The notes: generated from the letters alone by a model not told the origin. A DNA stretch of 64,000 nucleotides from Syntrophales bacterium (GCA_963662405.2 CAXXKT010000002.1:352001-416000), one strand, 5' to 3'; positions 21,669-32,068 are shown, numbered from the stretch's first letter. Program-made: numbers and translations.

Positions 21669-22463
21669 CTATCTTCCGCGGAATACGGGTTTTCGTTTCT
21701 CCAGAAAAGCGCGTCGTCCCTCGATATAGTCCTCACTGGCGTAGCAGCGGGCGTCCAGATCCTCCATACGGGGAATATCAAGATTATCATCGTGTTTCAT
21801 GAGCTCGATAATGATGTTCTTCGCCGCCTGTATGGTCAGCGGGGCATTGCCGCCGATCATATCGCAATAGGCTTGGACGAAATCCGCCAGCTCGTCGTCA
21901 GCGACAACCCGGTTAACAAGCCCCATGCCGTGCGCCTCAGCGGCCGTAAAGGTACGGCCGGTAAAAAGGATCTCCCGGGCAAAGGCCGGCCCGGCAAGGT
22001 CGATGATCATCTTAAGGCCGGGCCAGCTGTAACCCAGCCCCAGCTTGGCCGCCGGGATACCGAAACGCGCGCTTGCCGCTGAGAGGCGCATATCGCAGGC
22101 CAGCGCAATGCCTATGCCGCCGCCCATACAAAAGCCCCGGATCATCGCGATGGTCGGTTTGTTGATCGTGTACAGCTTTCTTGACGCGGTTTCGCCGGTT
22201 TTGTTGTAGTACGCCACCTGCTCGGGTGTGGAGCGCACCGTGTCGAATTCTGAGACGTCGGCCCCGGCGGTAAAGGCCCTGTCTCCTGCCCCGGACACGA
22301 CGATCACCCGCACATCGGGATTTTCGGCATAGTGGTCGAGGACCGCATGCATGGCCTGCCACATTTCCAGAGTCACAGAATTGTTTCGCTCAGGCTGGTT
22401 GAAGATCAGCCAGCCGGTTGGACCTTCGATTCGGGCAATAACCCGTTCGCTGGGAGAAATCAT
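21669..22463 (-). CDS. Enoyl-CoA hydratase/isomerase family protein
   Basis: AFTAGADV, GFCMGGG, EGRRAFLEKRKPVF. Confidence 0.92.
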   Translation of the reverse strand: MISPSERVIARIEGPTGWLIFNQPERNNSVTLEMWQAMHAVLDHYAENPDVRVIVVSGAGDRAFTAGADVSEFDTVRSTPEQVAYYNKTGETASRKLYTINKPTIAMIRGFCMGGGIGIALACDMRLSAASARFGIPAAKLGLGYSWPGLKMIIDLAGPAFAREILFTGRTFTAAEAHGMGLVNRVVADDELADFVQAYCDMIGGNAPLTIQAAKNIIIELMKHDDNLDIPRMEDLDARCYASEDYIEGRRAFLEKRKPVFRGR

Positions 22464-22489
22464 ATACAGATCCTTTTCGTCATTGCCGC

Positions 22490-23662
22490 TTAAATAACTC
22501 CGCTGTCCCGGAATCCGGCAATGGCGTTGTCATCATAGCCGAGATTGAGCAAGATATCAACGGTATGTTCACCCCGTTCCGGCGTCGCCGAAACAAGCTG
22601 CGACGGCGTACGGCTGAGGATGACCGGCTGACCGATCAGGTCCAGCTGCCCCAGTGTGGGATGCGTGACGGGTTGCACAATCCCCATGTGCTTTACCTGC
22701 GGATCGTCGAAGACCTGATCCATCGTATAGGCCGGGCCACAGGGGACGCTTGCACCGTTAAATATCGCGATCCATTCCGAAGATGTCTTGTGCAGCAGGA
22801 GTTCACTGATCGCCGCATTGACCTTCTCGCGGTTATAGTAGCGGGAACGGGCGGTGGCAAAATCCGGTTCGTCGGCAAGGTGCTCCGCGCCCAAGGCGCG
22901 GCACAGGCGGCGATAGATCTCATCGCCAGTCACGGCAATATTGATGTGCCCGTCGCTGGTTTTGAAGAGGCCCGTGGGAACCGCCGTGGGATGATCGTTC
23001 CCCACCTGCGGGGGCACGATATGGTCGATCGTCCAGCGTGCCGCCTGAAAATCGAGCATGGAGATCTGAGCAGCCAGCAGCGATGACTGCACCCATTGCC
23101 CCTCCCCCGATTCCTCTCGTTCCAAGAGGGCAACCAGGATGCCCATGGCGGCAAAGATGCCCGCCGTCAGATCTGCAATCGGGATACCAACGCGGACGGG
23201 TCCCTGGCCGGGCAGGCCGGTGATCGACATGAGACCGCCCATCCCCTGAGCGATCTGATCCAGGCCGGGAAGGTCGCGATAGGGACCATCCTGGCCGAAG
23301 CCGGAGACACTGGCATAGACAAGGCGCGGATTGACCTTTTTGAGACTCTCATAGTCAATACCCAGCCGGTATTTCACATCGGGCCGGTAATTTTCCACAA
23401 ACACGTCAGCCGATTCGACCAGGCGTTTCATGATCGCCAGGCCTTCAGGCTGTTTCAGGTCCAGAGTCATGCTCCGCTTGTTGCGGTGAATGTTCTGAAA
23501 ATCAGATCCATGCCGGTCGCCACCCAGGGCCTTGTCCGGACCCGGCGCCTCAACCTTGATGACATCGGCACCCCAATCGGCCAGCTGCCGGACACAAGTG
23601 GGTCCGGCTCTGACATGCGCAACATCAATGACTCGAAATCGGGAAAGCGGCGGTTTGATCAT
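22490..23662 (-). CDS. Family III CoA-transferase (CaiB/BaiF)
   Basis: LADWGADVIKVE, HRNKRS, ENYRP, SGFGQDGP. Confidence 0.93.
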   Translation of the reverse strand: MIKPPLSRFRVIDVAHVRAGPTCVRQLADWGADVIKVEAPGPDKALGGDRHGSDFQNIHRNKRSMTLDLKQPEGLAIMKRLVESADVFVENYRPDVKYRLGIDYESLKKVNPRLVYASVSGFGQDGPYRDLPGLDQIAQGMGGLMSITGLPGQGPVRVGIPIADLTAGIFAAMGILVALLEREESGEGQWVQSSLLAAQISMLDFQAARWTIDHIVPPQVGNDHPTAVPTGLFKTSDGHINIAVTGDEIYRRLCRALGAEHLADEPDFATARSRYYNREKVNAAISELLLHKTSSEWIAIFNGASVPCGPAYTMDQVFDDPQVKHMGIVQPVTHPTLGQLDLIGQPVILSRTPSQLVSATPERGEHTVDILLNLGYDDNAIAGFRDSGVI

Positions 23663-23747
23663 AGGCTTCTTCTCCGGATGAAAATAGTTACTCTTTCTGT
23701 GCGTAAATATTTATATCTACTGTCATGTCCTCAATGAACCGCTGTTT

Positions 23748-23762
23748 GCAATTATGTTGCCA
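23748..23762 (-). promoter_or_regulatory. Sigma54 promoter of the CoA-transferase operon
   Basis: Minus strand TGGCAACATAATTGC (GG-N10-GC). Confidence 0.7.
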
Positions 23763-24076
23763 GAATTAATCCCACCCGGTCGCACATGAAGGATTCCTGT
23801 GAAAACGGAGTGATACCTTTTCCGGCACCCCCGAGAATTATGACAAGCCCCGCCTGCTATATCTGTAACTGACACTGTAGCGTTACAGTGCCTGTCACAT
23901 TCCTCATGGTAACAACGACTGCTGCAGAGGAAAGCTGTTCAGCGGATTGTCCTGCTTCCCACGTGCCTCCTGACAATACCGATCACGGCATTTCTTTTGT
24001 CATTCCAGCCATTCCATCTTGCATTTCATCCGACACAAGCAATGTTTTCGAGGCACAGAGGGCATGTGCTGTTTTT

Positions 24077-24092
24077 CGGCTCAAAATTTGCT
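24077..24092 (+). promoter_or_regulatory. Candidate sigma54 promoter of the UGSC gene
   Basis: CGGCTCAAAATTTGCT (GG-N10-GC). Confidence 0.5.
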
Positions 24093-24134
24093 TAGAAGAC
24101 GCTGCGCGTCCATAATCCGTGTAAGGAGAAAGAG

Positions 24135-25868
24135 ATGATCAAACTGGAGTTTTACGATCCATCCGGTAGTATCGAGGTCACGCAGTCCCATGCACTCAGG
24201 CTTGATTCGCTTTCCGGAAAATGTATCGCTTTGCTCAGCAACGAACAATGGCAGGCTCACCGTACGTTACCGCTGATCAAGACAATGCTGGAGGAGGATT
24301 TTCCGGACTGCTTCGTGCTGCCACCGGACACTTTTCCCCAGGGCCTTGCCGCCATTGCCAGTGAGGAAACCGCCCGGCTCGTGAAGGATAGAGGTGTCGA
24401 TGCGGTTATTATCGGTAACGCGGCCTGAGGATCGTGCGCTATAGCATGCGGCCGTGCAGCCGCAAGAATTGAAACTCAGGGTATTCCAACGGTCATCCTG
24501 ACCCGCGCTGATTTTGTGGGCGTCATGAAAAATGCCCTTTCGGGCCTGGGGCTTGCGCCGGAAGCGGCCATGGTCACGTTCCCGATGGATTTGTTTTTGC
24601 CCGACAGCGATATTGCACCGATTCGAAAACGTCGTCAGGAATTCTACGATGGTCTTACCCGATGGCAACCGGAATCGGTTTCGGACACATCGGCAACCGG
24701 CACACTGCTGAGTGTCGAGGGAAAAAATTATGAAGACGCTCTGGTCAAAGCCAATCATCTGTTCGTCACCAACTTATGGAGCGACGGCTTGCCTCTTTTG
24801 CCGGCAACCCGCGAGCGTGTAAACTGGATTTTACAAGGCGCTGCCCTGCCCCGCACCCATATCATCGGCACGTTTCCGCCGCGCGGCGCCGTCGTTACGG
24901 TTGAGTCCTGCGCGATTTCACTGGCCATGGCCGGGGGCAGGCCCGAATACCTGCCGGTGCTGATTGCCGGTGTGGAAGCCTTTCTCGATGCCCGCTCCGG
25001 CGCCGAGCACCTGCAGGCGGCTTCCGGCAGCGCCTTCCCCGTCATCATTGTCAACGGCCCGATCGGCACGCAGATCCGGCTCAGTTCTTCTTTCGGCTGC
25101 CTCGGACCGGATCCGCAAAGACCCGCCGGCGCCGGCATTGGACGTGCGCTACGTCTTATGCAGCAAAATCTGGGAGGGGCACTGCCCGGCACGGGAACCA
25201 TGGCTAACTTCGGCCCCATGCGTTACACGAATGTGATATTCGCCGAAGATGAAGAAGGCTTGCCCCAGGGCTGGTCGCCCCACGGAACGGAACGCCACGG
25301 CTATGCGCCGGGTACAAACTCGGTGTCGCTTGCCTTTGCCAACGGCGCCGCCAACATCAGGCGGCGCGGCGCAAGAAAAGAAACCCCGCAGGAAGAGGCC
25401 CTGCAGGGAATGCACCGCATGGCGGATTTCATGCGCACGCCCAATGTAGCCAACCTGCCCGGTTATGAAAACGGCACTCCCGGTATTCTCATGATTCCTC
25501 AGGTTGTTGCCCACATGATGACAACGCTGGGATGGACAAAGCGATCCATGCGCGAATTTCTGTGGGAACAGGCCAAGATACCGATGGAACATTTACAGCG
25601 CTCGGGCGCTCTTCAATGGATAGAAGTTGACGCCGGACCGGCTCAACTTGCCAGCCTGAATCTCGATCCCTGGCCGATCTGTGCCAGTCCCGACCAGATG
25701 ATTATTGTCTGCGCGGGTGGAAACCATCCGACCAACAGTTGCTGGCTGCAGGGGTACTGCCCGCGCGTTATCGGACGCGAGATTCGTGTCCCGGAGGAAT
25801 TTGATCATCTGCTTACGGCTGCCAATCGCGATTTGGGTTGCGGCGCGGACGCCTGCATGATCTACTAA
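24135..25868 (+). CDS. UGSC-motif selenoprotein (577 aa with Sec at TGA 24426-24428)
   Basis: ORFs 24135 and 24516 are in frame; readthrough gives IIGNAA-U-GSCAIACGRAAARIETQGIPTV; hairpin downstream. Confidence 0.85.
24429..24464 (+). promoter_or_regulatory. Putative bacterial SECIS element
   Basis: TGCGGC-CGTGCA-GCCGCA hairpin; loop starts 25 nt after the UGA with G at loop position 2. Confidence 0.65.
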
Positions 25869-25935
25869 TACAGCCACGTTTCAAAAGAGAATCGATCATC
25901 CATTATTGTGATATGACATAACCGGTAAGGGAAAC

Positions 25936-26286
25936 ATGATCAATTATTCTTCCATCTTTGTCGCTTTCATCATCGTGGGGTTCATTGCAACCGCATTTTT
26001 TGTTTCCGGTCGCAAGTCCAAACGGGCGGTCGGCGAGGTGCTCAGCATCTTCGAAAGGCACAACGCCATCGGAGTCCAAGAGGCCAAGATGGTAGACGAA
26101 CTGGGGTTAGCCTCTCCCACACTCGTAGCCAGCTTCAACAGCATGAGGGACTATAAACCCGGCGCTCTGAATACCCTGATACAGATGGATATCGTTCGCG
26201 TCACGGATGAAGGAAAGCTGTATGTTTCCGCGCGCAGTCTTGAGGAACGAAAAAAGAAAAGGAGGAATGATAAAAAGTCTTCATGA
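25936..26286 (+). CDS. Small membrane-anchored hypothetical protein; C-terminus supplied by IS110
   Basis: N-terminal TM helix, AAGGGA RBS; last codons lie within the inferred IS left end. Confidence 0.65.
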   Translation: MINYSSIFVAFIIVGFIATAFFVSGRKSKRAVGEVLSIFERHNAIGVQEAKMVDELGLASPTLVASFNSMRDYKPGALNTLIQMDIVRVTDEGKLYVSARSLEERKKKRRNDKKSS

Positions 26287-26289
26287 GCT

Positions 26290-26447
26290 GTGAATTGGGA
26301 TACACTGTTTGAAACTTTATAGTTTTGGGCAGCAAGGCTACTGTTCGACATGTTTACTGGTCTTCGAGACCGCAAAGGAGAATGAAGAGCTGTAGCCGCA
26401 ACATTCAATGATCTTCGAGATCGAATAGGAGATTGGGACCAATTCAC
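26290..26447 (+). ncRNA. Putative IS110 bridge RNA
   Basis: Closing stem GTGAATTGG/CCAATTCAC; two TCTTCGAGA hairpins, each followed by a 7-nt match to target or donor. Confidence 0.75.
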
Positions 26448-26483
26448 CTGACAGGCGCTGTCCAAGATGTGAGGAGGCGTTCT

Positions 26484-27596
26484 ATGAAGATGAGTATCGG
26501 GGTTGACCTTCACAAGACGCAGTTTACCGTTTGTTGTTTGAGTGAAGATCGGAGTGTTCAGGAGTCGGGCATCTACCCGACGACTGATCGAGGTTACCGG
26601 GCATTTATCATGAAGGTGTCCAACTGGAATGAGGGCGGTTACGAGGTCACGGCAGCGGTGGAATCAACAGGGAACACCCGACACTTTCGCAACCGGTTTT
26701 TGAAGGCGGGGATTGAGGTCAAGATAGTGAACACCTTGAAATTCAAGGTTGTAAATGAGTCAGTAAAAAAGACTGACAAGCATGATTCCCGCACATTGGC
26801 TGAGTTTCTTGAGAAAGATATGCTTCCCGAGTCCATTCTTTGTTCGCAGGAAAGCGAGGACATTCGAAGGCTTCTCAAGTCACGTTCTGTTCTGGTGAAA
26901 GCTTTGGTATCCTTGAAAAACCAGATACACGGTTTATTGCTTGGATATGGGATAGAGAGTCGGCGGGGACAGCTGCAGAGCAAAAAAGAAAGGCAGCGAA
27001 TCCTTGACGGTCTCGCGGACCATAGGAGTTACGGAAACGCTGCCCGAGCGGTAAAACCGCTTCTTGGTACAATAGACCAAATTGCATCCGAGGTCAAAGG
27101 ACTTGAGCGCGTATTATCTGATCTTGTTTCTGAAGACGAGGATGTTGCTCTGTTGCAAACGATTCCTGGCGTTGGAATAATAACAGCAGCGACGATTCGG
27201 GCTTATACCGATGACATCAACCGATATGAGAGCGCCAAGCAGTATGCTGCTCATGCCGGTTTGGTACCATGGGTTCAAAACTCCAACAAGACCATTCGCC
27301 ATGGTCATATTACCAAGCGAGGCCCCGTGGAACTGAGGACGGCTTTTGTGCAAATGGTAATGGGGATGCTACGGCTTCGGAATAAAACCGATGGATATTG
27401 GCTTATGTACAAATACAAAGCCATGAAAGAGAACAAGGGAACCGGGAAGAGCGTAATAGCGACGGCGCGAAAGATGAGCACTATTGTATATGCCATCTTG
27501 AAGAAGGGGGAGCTGTTTGATCCATCGAAAATGCTGCCAGACCCGAAATATGTAGAGATGAGTAAGGTTGCGAGGTGTTATGCTTTGGCCGTTTAA
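26484..27596 (+). CDS. IS110-family DEDD recombinase/transposase
   Basis: IGVDLHK, VESTG, KTDKHD, TIPGVG, AGLVP..QNS, ARK. Confidence 0.95.
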   Translation: MKMSIGVDLHKTQFTVCCLSEDRSVQESGIYPTTDRGYRAFIMKVSNWNEGGYEVTAAVESTGNTRHFRNRFLKAGIEVKIVNTLKFKVVNESVKKTDKHDSRTLAEFLEKDMLPESILCSQESEDIRRLLKSRSVLVKALVSLKNQIHGLLLGYGIESRRGQLQSKKERQRILDGLADHRSYGNAARAVKPLLGTIDQIASEVKGLERVLSDLVSEDEDVALLQTIPGVGIITAATIRAYTDDINRYESAKQYAAHAGLVPWVQNSNKTIRHGHITKRGPVELRTAFVQMVMGMLRLRNKTDGYWLMYKYKAMKENKGTGKSVIATARKMSTIVYAILKKGELFDPSKMLPDPKYVEMSKVARCYALAV

Positions 27597-27738
27597 ATTT
27601 TAACCATGGGCCTGTTTGACAGGCTCTCCATGAATTGACTTTTTATAGGAGTAATTCACGGTTGATTTTTGATTGATTGGAGCCGGAGACGATATCTATG
27701 TCCTCCAGCCCATGGCAGTCATGCACTTCAAGCAGTTC

Positions 27739-28524
27739 TTACCCCTCGCCGAGACCGGCCTTGACATGTTCCAGGACCCGCACCATCGACTCACCGGCAC
27801 CGGCGTTCAAGACGATCGAGGCCTCCGTATCCAGCGGTGTGGGATCGTTGTTGATGATGACCAGCCTGGCCCCGCTCCGGACGGCATGGATCGGCATGTA
27901 GGCGGCGGGATAGACAACCAGCGACGAACCGATGACGATACACAGGTCGCACCGGCGTGACCGTTCTTCGGCCTCCCGCGTCTCCTCGACCGGCATGGAC
28001 TGGCCGAAGGAGATAGTGGCCGACTTCATGATCCCCCCACAGGCGTCGCACAGGGGGATCTCCACACCGTCGTCAAGCCATCCTTCGATCTCCTCGCGGG
28101 TCCACCTTTTATTGCAGTCCAGACAGACCACGTAGCGTGTCGTCCCGTGGAGTTCGATCACCCGGTCCGGGGCATTCCCCGCCATCTGATGGAGACCGTC
28201 AATATTCTGTGTGATGACGCAGTCAAGTTTTCCCAGCTTTTCGAGTTCGGCTACCGCATAATGGGCACGGTTGGGCTTGACGTCCGACCAGGGTATGGCG
28301 CGGAAGAATTGCCAGGCGCGTCGACGCACCTCGATCTCTCCGACAAATCGCTGAAAGGTAAACTCCCGGGGATCAAACTTCGTCCAGATACCACCGGGGG
28401 AGCGAAAATCAGGAATTCCCGACTCGGTACTGATCCCCGCCCCGGTAAAGACCACGATCCTTCGAGCGTCAAGGATACGATCGGCTATCTCTCCGGCCTT
28501 CCGTTCGAGCACTTCGTTTTGCAT
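27739..28524 (-). CDS. cobB: NAD-dependent deacylase (sirtuin)
   Basis: TGAGISTESGIPDFR, TQNIDGLH, ELHG, GSSLVVYPA; start reassigned to MQNEV. Confidence 0.92.
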   Translation of the reverse strand: MQNEVLERKAGEIADRILDARRIVVFTGAGISTESGIPDFRSPGGIWTKFDPREFTFQRFVGEIEVRRRAWQFFRAIPWSDVKPNRAHYAVAELEKLGKLDCVITQNIDGLHQMAGNAPDRVIELHGTTRYVVCLDCNKRWTREEIEGWLDDGVEIPLCDACGGIMKSATISFGQSMPVEETREAEERSRRCDLCIVIGSSLVVYPAAYMPIHAVRSGARLVIINNDPTPLDTEASIVLNAGAGESMVRVLEHVKAGLGEG

Positions 28525-28749
28525 CGGCGCAACCCTCCCTGGAGTATCGTCACGGCTTATTAGTTCGCATACTGACCCGTCGTCTGTCAACACCGATTCA
28601 TCTCGCTCCATTGACGGGTTATTTTCCCCATATTTTTTTGATCCTCTATTAAAGATCCTTCTATAAATGCCGATATATGCGCTATATTCCTTCAAAAAAG
28701 TATCAGGCGGTATCAGCATTTCAAAACCGAGGAACAACGGAGGGGAGAT

Positions 28750-30036
28750 ATGCAACGCATGCAGCTCTTTATCGACTGGTTGATCCCCAGCGAGGTAAAA
28801 AAAGATGTCGACCTCTACATCCGATCGAAACAACTGGTCATCTTCTGCCTGATCAGTCCGGCATTCTTTATCCCGAATGCCCTCAAGTGGAAAAGTATCG
28901 GGAGCACGGGACTCGCCGTCAGCATGGGTGTGGTGATGCTCTTGATCGCCGGGATGCCCTTTTTTTTCAAATACTTGAAATCGCTCTCCATCTTCGCCAA
29001 TTGCACATTCGCCATCCTCGTGTGGCATTTTATCTTTCTCCCGTACTGTACCGGCGGGATACATTCCTCCGCCCTCACCTGGAACCTGGTGATTCCCGTC
29101 TTCGCTGCGGCATTTGCGGGGATACGAAGCTCCCTCTTCTGGTCCTCCATCATGCTTCTGGAGATCGGGACCTTTGCCTATTTTGAGTCTGCAGGTGTGG
29201 TGCTTCCGAAGATAGACATGACATCGGGGCAATTCCTGGAGGCGGAGATTGCCAATGCGGTCGGTCCCCTCCTGGCCGTGGTGCTGACCATGTTCTTCGC
29301 CGAACAGGGACGGAAACAGGCATTCGATGCCCAGAGACTCGCTCAGGATGCCGTGCTGGAGGCGGAAGAGCAGTCGAAGCGTGAAGCCGACCAGAGCACA
29401 GAAGAACTCCAGGAAATCTTCGACCGGGTTCGAAACAGCACCCAGAATCTGAACACTCAAGTCAACGAGATCTCCGATAAAATCAAACAGAATGCCAATC
29501 ACTCCGTGAAGGCCGATCAGGTGATGAAGGAGTCCGAACGAATCGTCACCTCGGCCCAGGACTCTATGAAGCAACTGATCGCCTCAATGGAAAAGATCGC
29601 CGCAGCCAGTGAAAACACATCCAAGATCATCAAGACCATCGATGAAATCGCTTTTCAGACAAATCTCCTGGCACTCAATGCCGCTGTCGAGTCGGCCCGC
29701 GCCGGTGAGGCGGGTGCGGGTTTTGCGGTCGTCGCGGAGGAGGTCAGGAACCTGGCGCTTCGCTCGGCCGAGGCCGCCCGGAATACGGCCGACCTGATCG
29801 CCGAGACGGGGAAAACCATCGGCGAGGGGACCGAACTGGTTTCCGGCACCGATACCGCCTTCCTCAATGTCGCCGACAGCGTGACCCAGGTTGTGGGTCT
29901 GATCGCCGATATCGCCGACTCATCAAACCACCAGGCGGAAGGGATCGAGCATATAAACCTGACCGTTGCCGAAATGGCCCAGATAGTGGAATCAAAGAAT
30001 GAGGTACACCAACACTACCAACTGATCGAGGCCTGA
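28750..30036 (+). CDS. Methyl-accepting chemotaxis protein with multi-TM N-terminus
   Basis: [37 protein letters not shown]. Confidence 0.93.
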   Translation: MQRMQLFIDWLIPSEVKKDVDLYIRSKQLVIFCLISPAFFIPNALKWKSIGSTGLAVSMGVVMLLIAGMPFFFKYLKSLSIFANCTFAILVWHFIFLPYCTGGIHSSALTWNLVIPVFAAAFAGIRSSLFWSSIMLLEIGTFAYFESAGVVLPKIDMTSGQFLEAEIANAVGPLLAVVLTMFFAEQGRKQAFDAQRLAQDAVLEAEEQSKREADQSTEELQEIFDRVRNSTQNLNTQVNEISDKIKQNANHSVKADQVMKESERIVTSAQDSMKQLIASMEKIAAASENTSKIIKTIDEIAFQTNLLALNAAVESARAGEAGAGFAVVAEEVRNLALRSAEAARNTADLIAETGKTIGEGTELVSGTDTAFLNVADSVTQVVGLIADIADSSNHQAEGIEHINLTVAEMAQIVESKNEVHQHYQLIEA

Positions 30037-30043
30037 GATGGGG

Positions 30044-30073
30044 GGGGACCGGGGAGAATCCCCGGTCCCCTTT
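30044..30073 (+). terminator. Intrinsic terminator
   Basis: GGGGACCGGGGA/TCCCCGGTCCCC plus TTT. Confidence 0.75.
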
Positions 30074-30236
30074 CTATCCGGCAGCATGACATCGCCGTTT
30101 CCCCCCGTATTTGCAACCTAAAATTCCTTGACAGAAAATTTTCACGGGATATGGTGTTTCTCTCAAACAGTGACATAATTGAGATGTCACGTCGAGCCCT
30201 TGCTGATTGATACAGGACACAAAGGAGATCTTCACG

Positions 30237-30653
30237 ATGGATTATACCCATATGACCGCTCCGTGCGGGCTGGCCTGTTTTAATTGTCCCCTTTATTTTG
30301 CCATCGAGAATGAATCACTCAGAGTAAAACTGGCGAAGCGCATGGATATCCCGATTGAGAAAATAGCCTGCCGGGGATGCCGGGACGAACAGGGCATCAT
30401 CCCCTATCTCGACATGACTGAACCCTGCAACGTCTATCGGTGCACCCGGGAGAAGGGAATCGACTTCTGCTGCGACTGCGGGGATTTCCCCTGTGATTAT
30501 CTGCACCCCTACGCGGACCGGGCGGACCGGATCCCGCACAATACGAAGATCTTCAACCTCTGTCTGATCAGGAAGATGGGCTTGGAAGAATGGGCACGAG
30601 AGAAGGCACGGGATGTTCAACAGACCTACTACCAGGGGAAGTGGAAGCTATAA
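30237..30653 (+). CDS. DUF3795-like Cys-rich protein
   Basis: APCGLACFNC, CRGCR, FCCDCGDFPC. Confidence 0.8.
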   Translation: MDYTHMTAPCGLACFNCPLYFAIENESLRVKLAKRMDIPIEKIACRGCRDEQGIIPYLDMTEPCNVYRCTREKGIDFCCDCGDFPCDYLHPYADRADRIPHNTKIFNLCLIRKMGLEEWAREKARDVQQTYYQGKWKL

Positions 30654-30772
30654 GGCAAGAGATCATTCTTCGTTGATAATCATTTTCGATCCGACGAGGA
30701 CCCCGGGCATACTTGATAGTCGGGGTCCTTTTCTTGATTTGACCGAGTGGGTGAAGCATTTTTCAGAGAGTC

Positions 30773-31035
30773 CTATACCGCAAGGAACTGTCTTCGGACC
30801 TCGTGGTGCTGTTCCAGCTCCCCGGCGCTTCCGCTGTAGACGATACGCCCCCTCCCCATCAGGGAGACCCGGTGGGCGATAGAGAGGGCCACCTTCAGAT
30901 TCTGCTCCACCCGCAGGATTGAAACACCCGTCTTCTCGTTGATCTCCGCCAGGACGTTCCGTACCTCCCGCACCATGATCGGCGCCAACCCCTCCGTCGG
31001 CTCATCAACCAGCAAAAGACCCGGATTCACCTCAA
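30773..31035 (-). pseudogene. C-terminal fragment of LivF-type ABC ATPase
   Basis: LLVDEPTEGLAP, VEQN present; Walker A missing. Confidence 0.78.
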
Positions 31036-31273
31036 CTGTTAGAATTTCTTCCGCCACGTCTTTTCTGCGATACATTCGGTTCCATCTTCGTCTCGCCGAG
31101 ATGTCTTCAGGGATAAACAGCCTAAAGATGTTTGAAAACACTCAAAAATCCTACTTTAGTAGTATTTACAATCCCCCCTCCTCCTGCCATTCTAAGAACC
31201 AAGAAAAGAGTACGAATCGACGTCCCGGTGACGGGGATACACGGCGATTCATTGGAGAGCACGGGGGTGCATC

Positions 31274-31909
31274 ATGAAAAAGATATTTATTACCGTGGTT
31301 ATTTTTCTATGCGTCGCAACCAGCAGTTGGGCGACCTACACGGGAAGCATCGTCGGAGGCAACACGCTGTTCGGAACGGACGGATGGAGTAGTGCCGTTC
31401 TGAGCTGGGATGTCAGTTTCGAGAATAATGCCTGGGTTTACAATTATACCTTTTCAGCTGCAGAGAAGGCGATCAGCCATCTGATTCTTGAGGTATCGGG
31501 CACCTTCACTTCCGATAACATCCTGGACGGAACCACCACCGGATACACGCTCGGCACGTATAGCGAAAGCAACGGGAATCCCGGCATGCTTGGTTCGATC
31601 ATCGGCCTGAAGTGGGATACGGACGGGATCGATACAACGGAGTCGATCACCATCGTATCCGACCGGGCCCCCATGTGGGGTGACTTCTACGCGAAAGACG
31701 GGGTCCAGGGCGGGGTTCTTGCCTACGCGTACAATACGCAATTCGGTTCCGATACCACCGCATCGATCGGCGAAGGCAACGCGGGCGGCTGGGTACTGGT
31801 CCCGGATACTCAGAGTTCGCCCCCCGTCCCCGAACCGGGGACCATGCTCCTCCTTGGGGCCGGCCTGATCGGTCTGGCAGGGGCAAGCAGAAAAAGGATC
31901 AGGAAATAA
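31274..31909 (+). CDS. PEP-CTERM sorting domain protein
   Basis: Signal peptide; VPEPGTMLLLGAGLIGLAG-ASRKRIRK. Confidence 0.93.
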   Translation: MKKIFITVVIFLCVATSSWATYTGSIVGGNTLFGTDGWSSAVLSWDVSFENNAWVYNYTFSAAEKAISHLILEVSGTFTSDNILDGTTTGYTLGTYSESNGNPGMLGSIIGLKWDTDGIDTTESITIVSDRAPMWGDFYAKDGVQGGVLAYAYNTQFGSDTTASIGEGNAGGWVLVPDTQSSPPVPEPGTMLLLGAGLIGLAGASRKRIRK

Positions 31910-31929
31910 CAACCGGAACGTAAGGTATA

Positions 31930-31974
31930 AAAAAGTCTTGGTGGTCCTGCGCGAAGGGACCGCCAAGACTTTTT
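31930..31974. terminator. Bidirectional terminator
   Basis: AAAAAGTCTTGGTGGTCC...GGACCGCCAAGACTTTTT between convergent genes. Confidence 0.8.
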
Positions 31975-32068
31975 CGGTTTGAGAAATCGACGTTCCAACA
32001 CGTTCGCCGTCTCCTTTTGTTCCAGTCCACTCGGCTGCACGGTTCAGGATATCCCTTCAATGTTCGCT

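Larger units (their letters stand above)
26265..27651 (+). mobile_element. IS110-family element
   Basis: AGGAG at both junctions (26260-26264, 27647-27651); no terminal IRs; long non-coding left end. Confidence 0.8.

Noticed and set aside
28525..29574. 350-aa N-terminal extension of the sirtuin ORF
   Set aside because: Mostly antisense to the MCP gene; sirtuin similarity begins near 28524.
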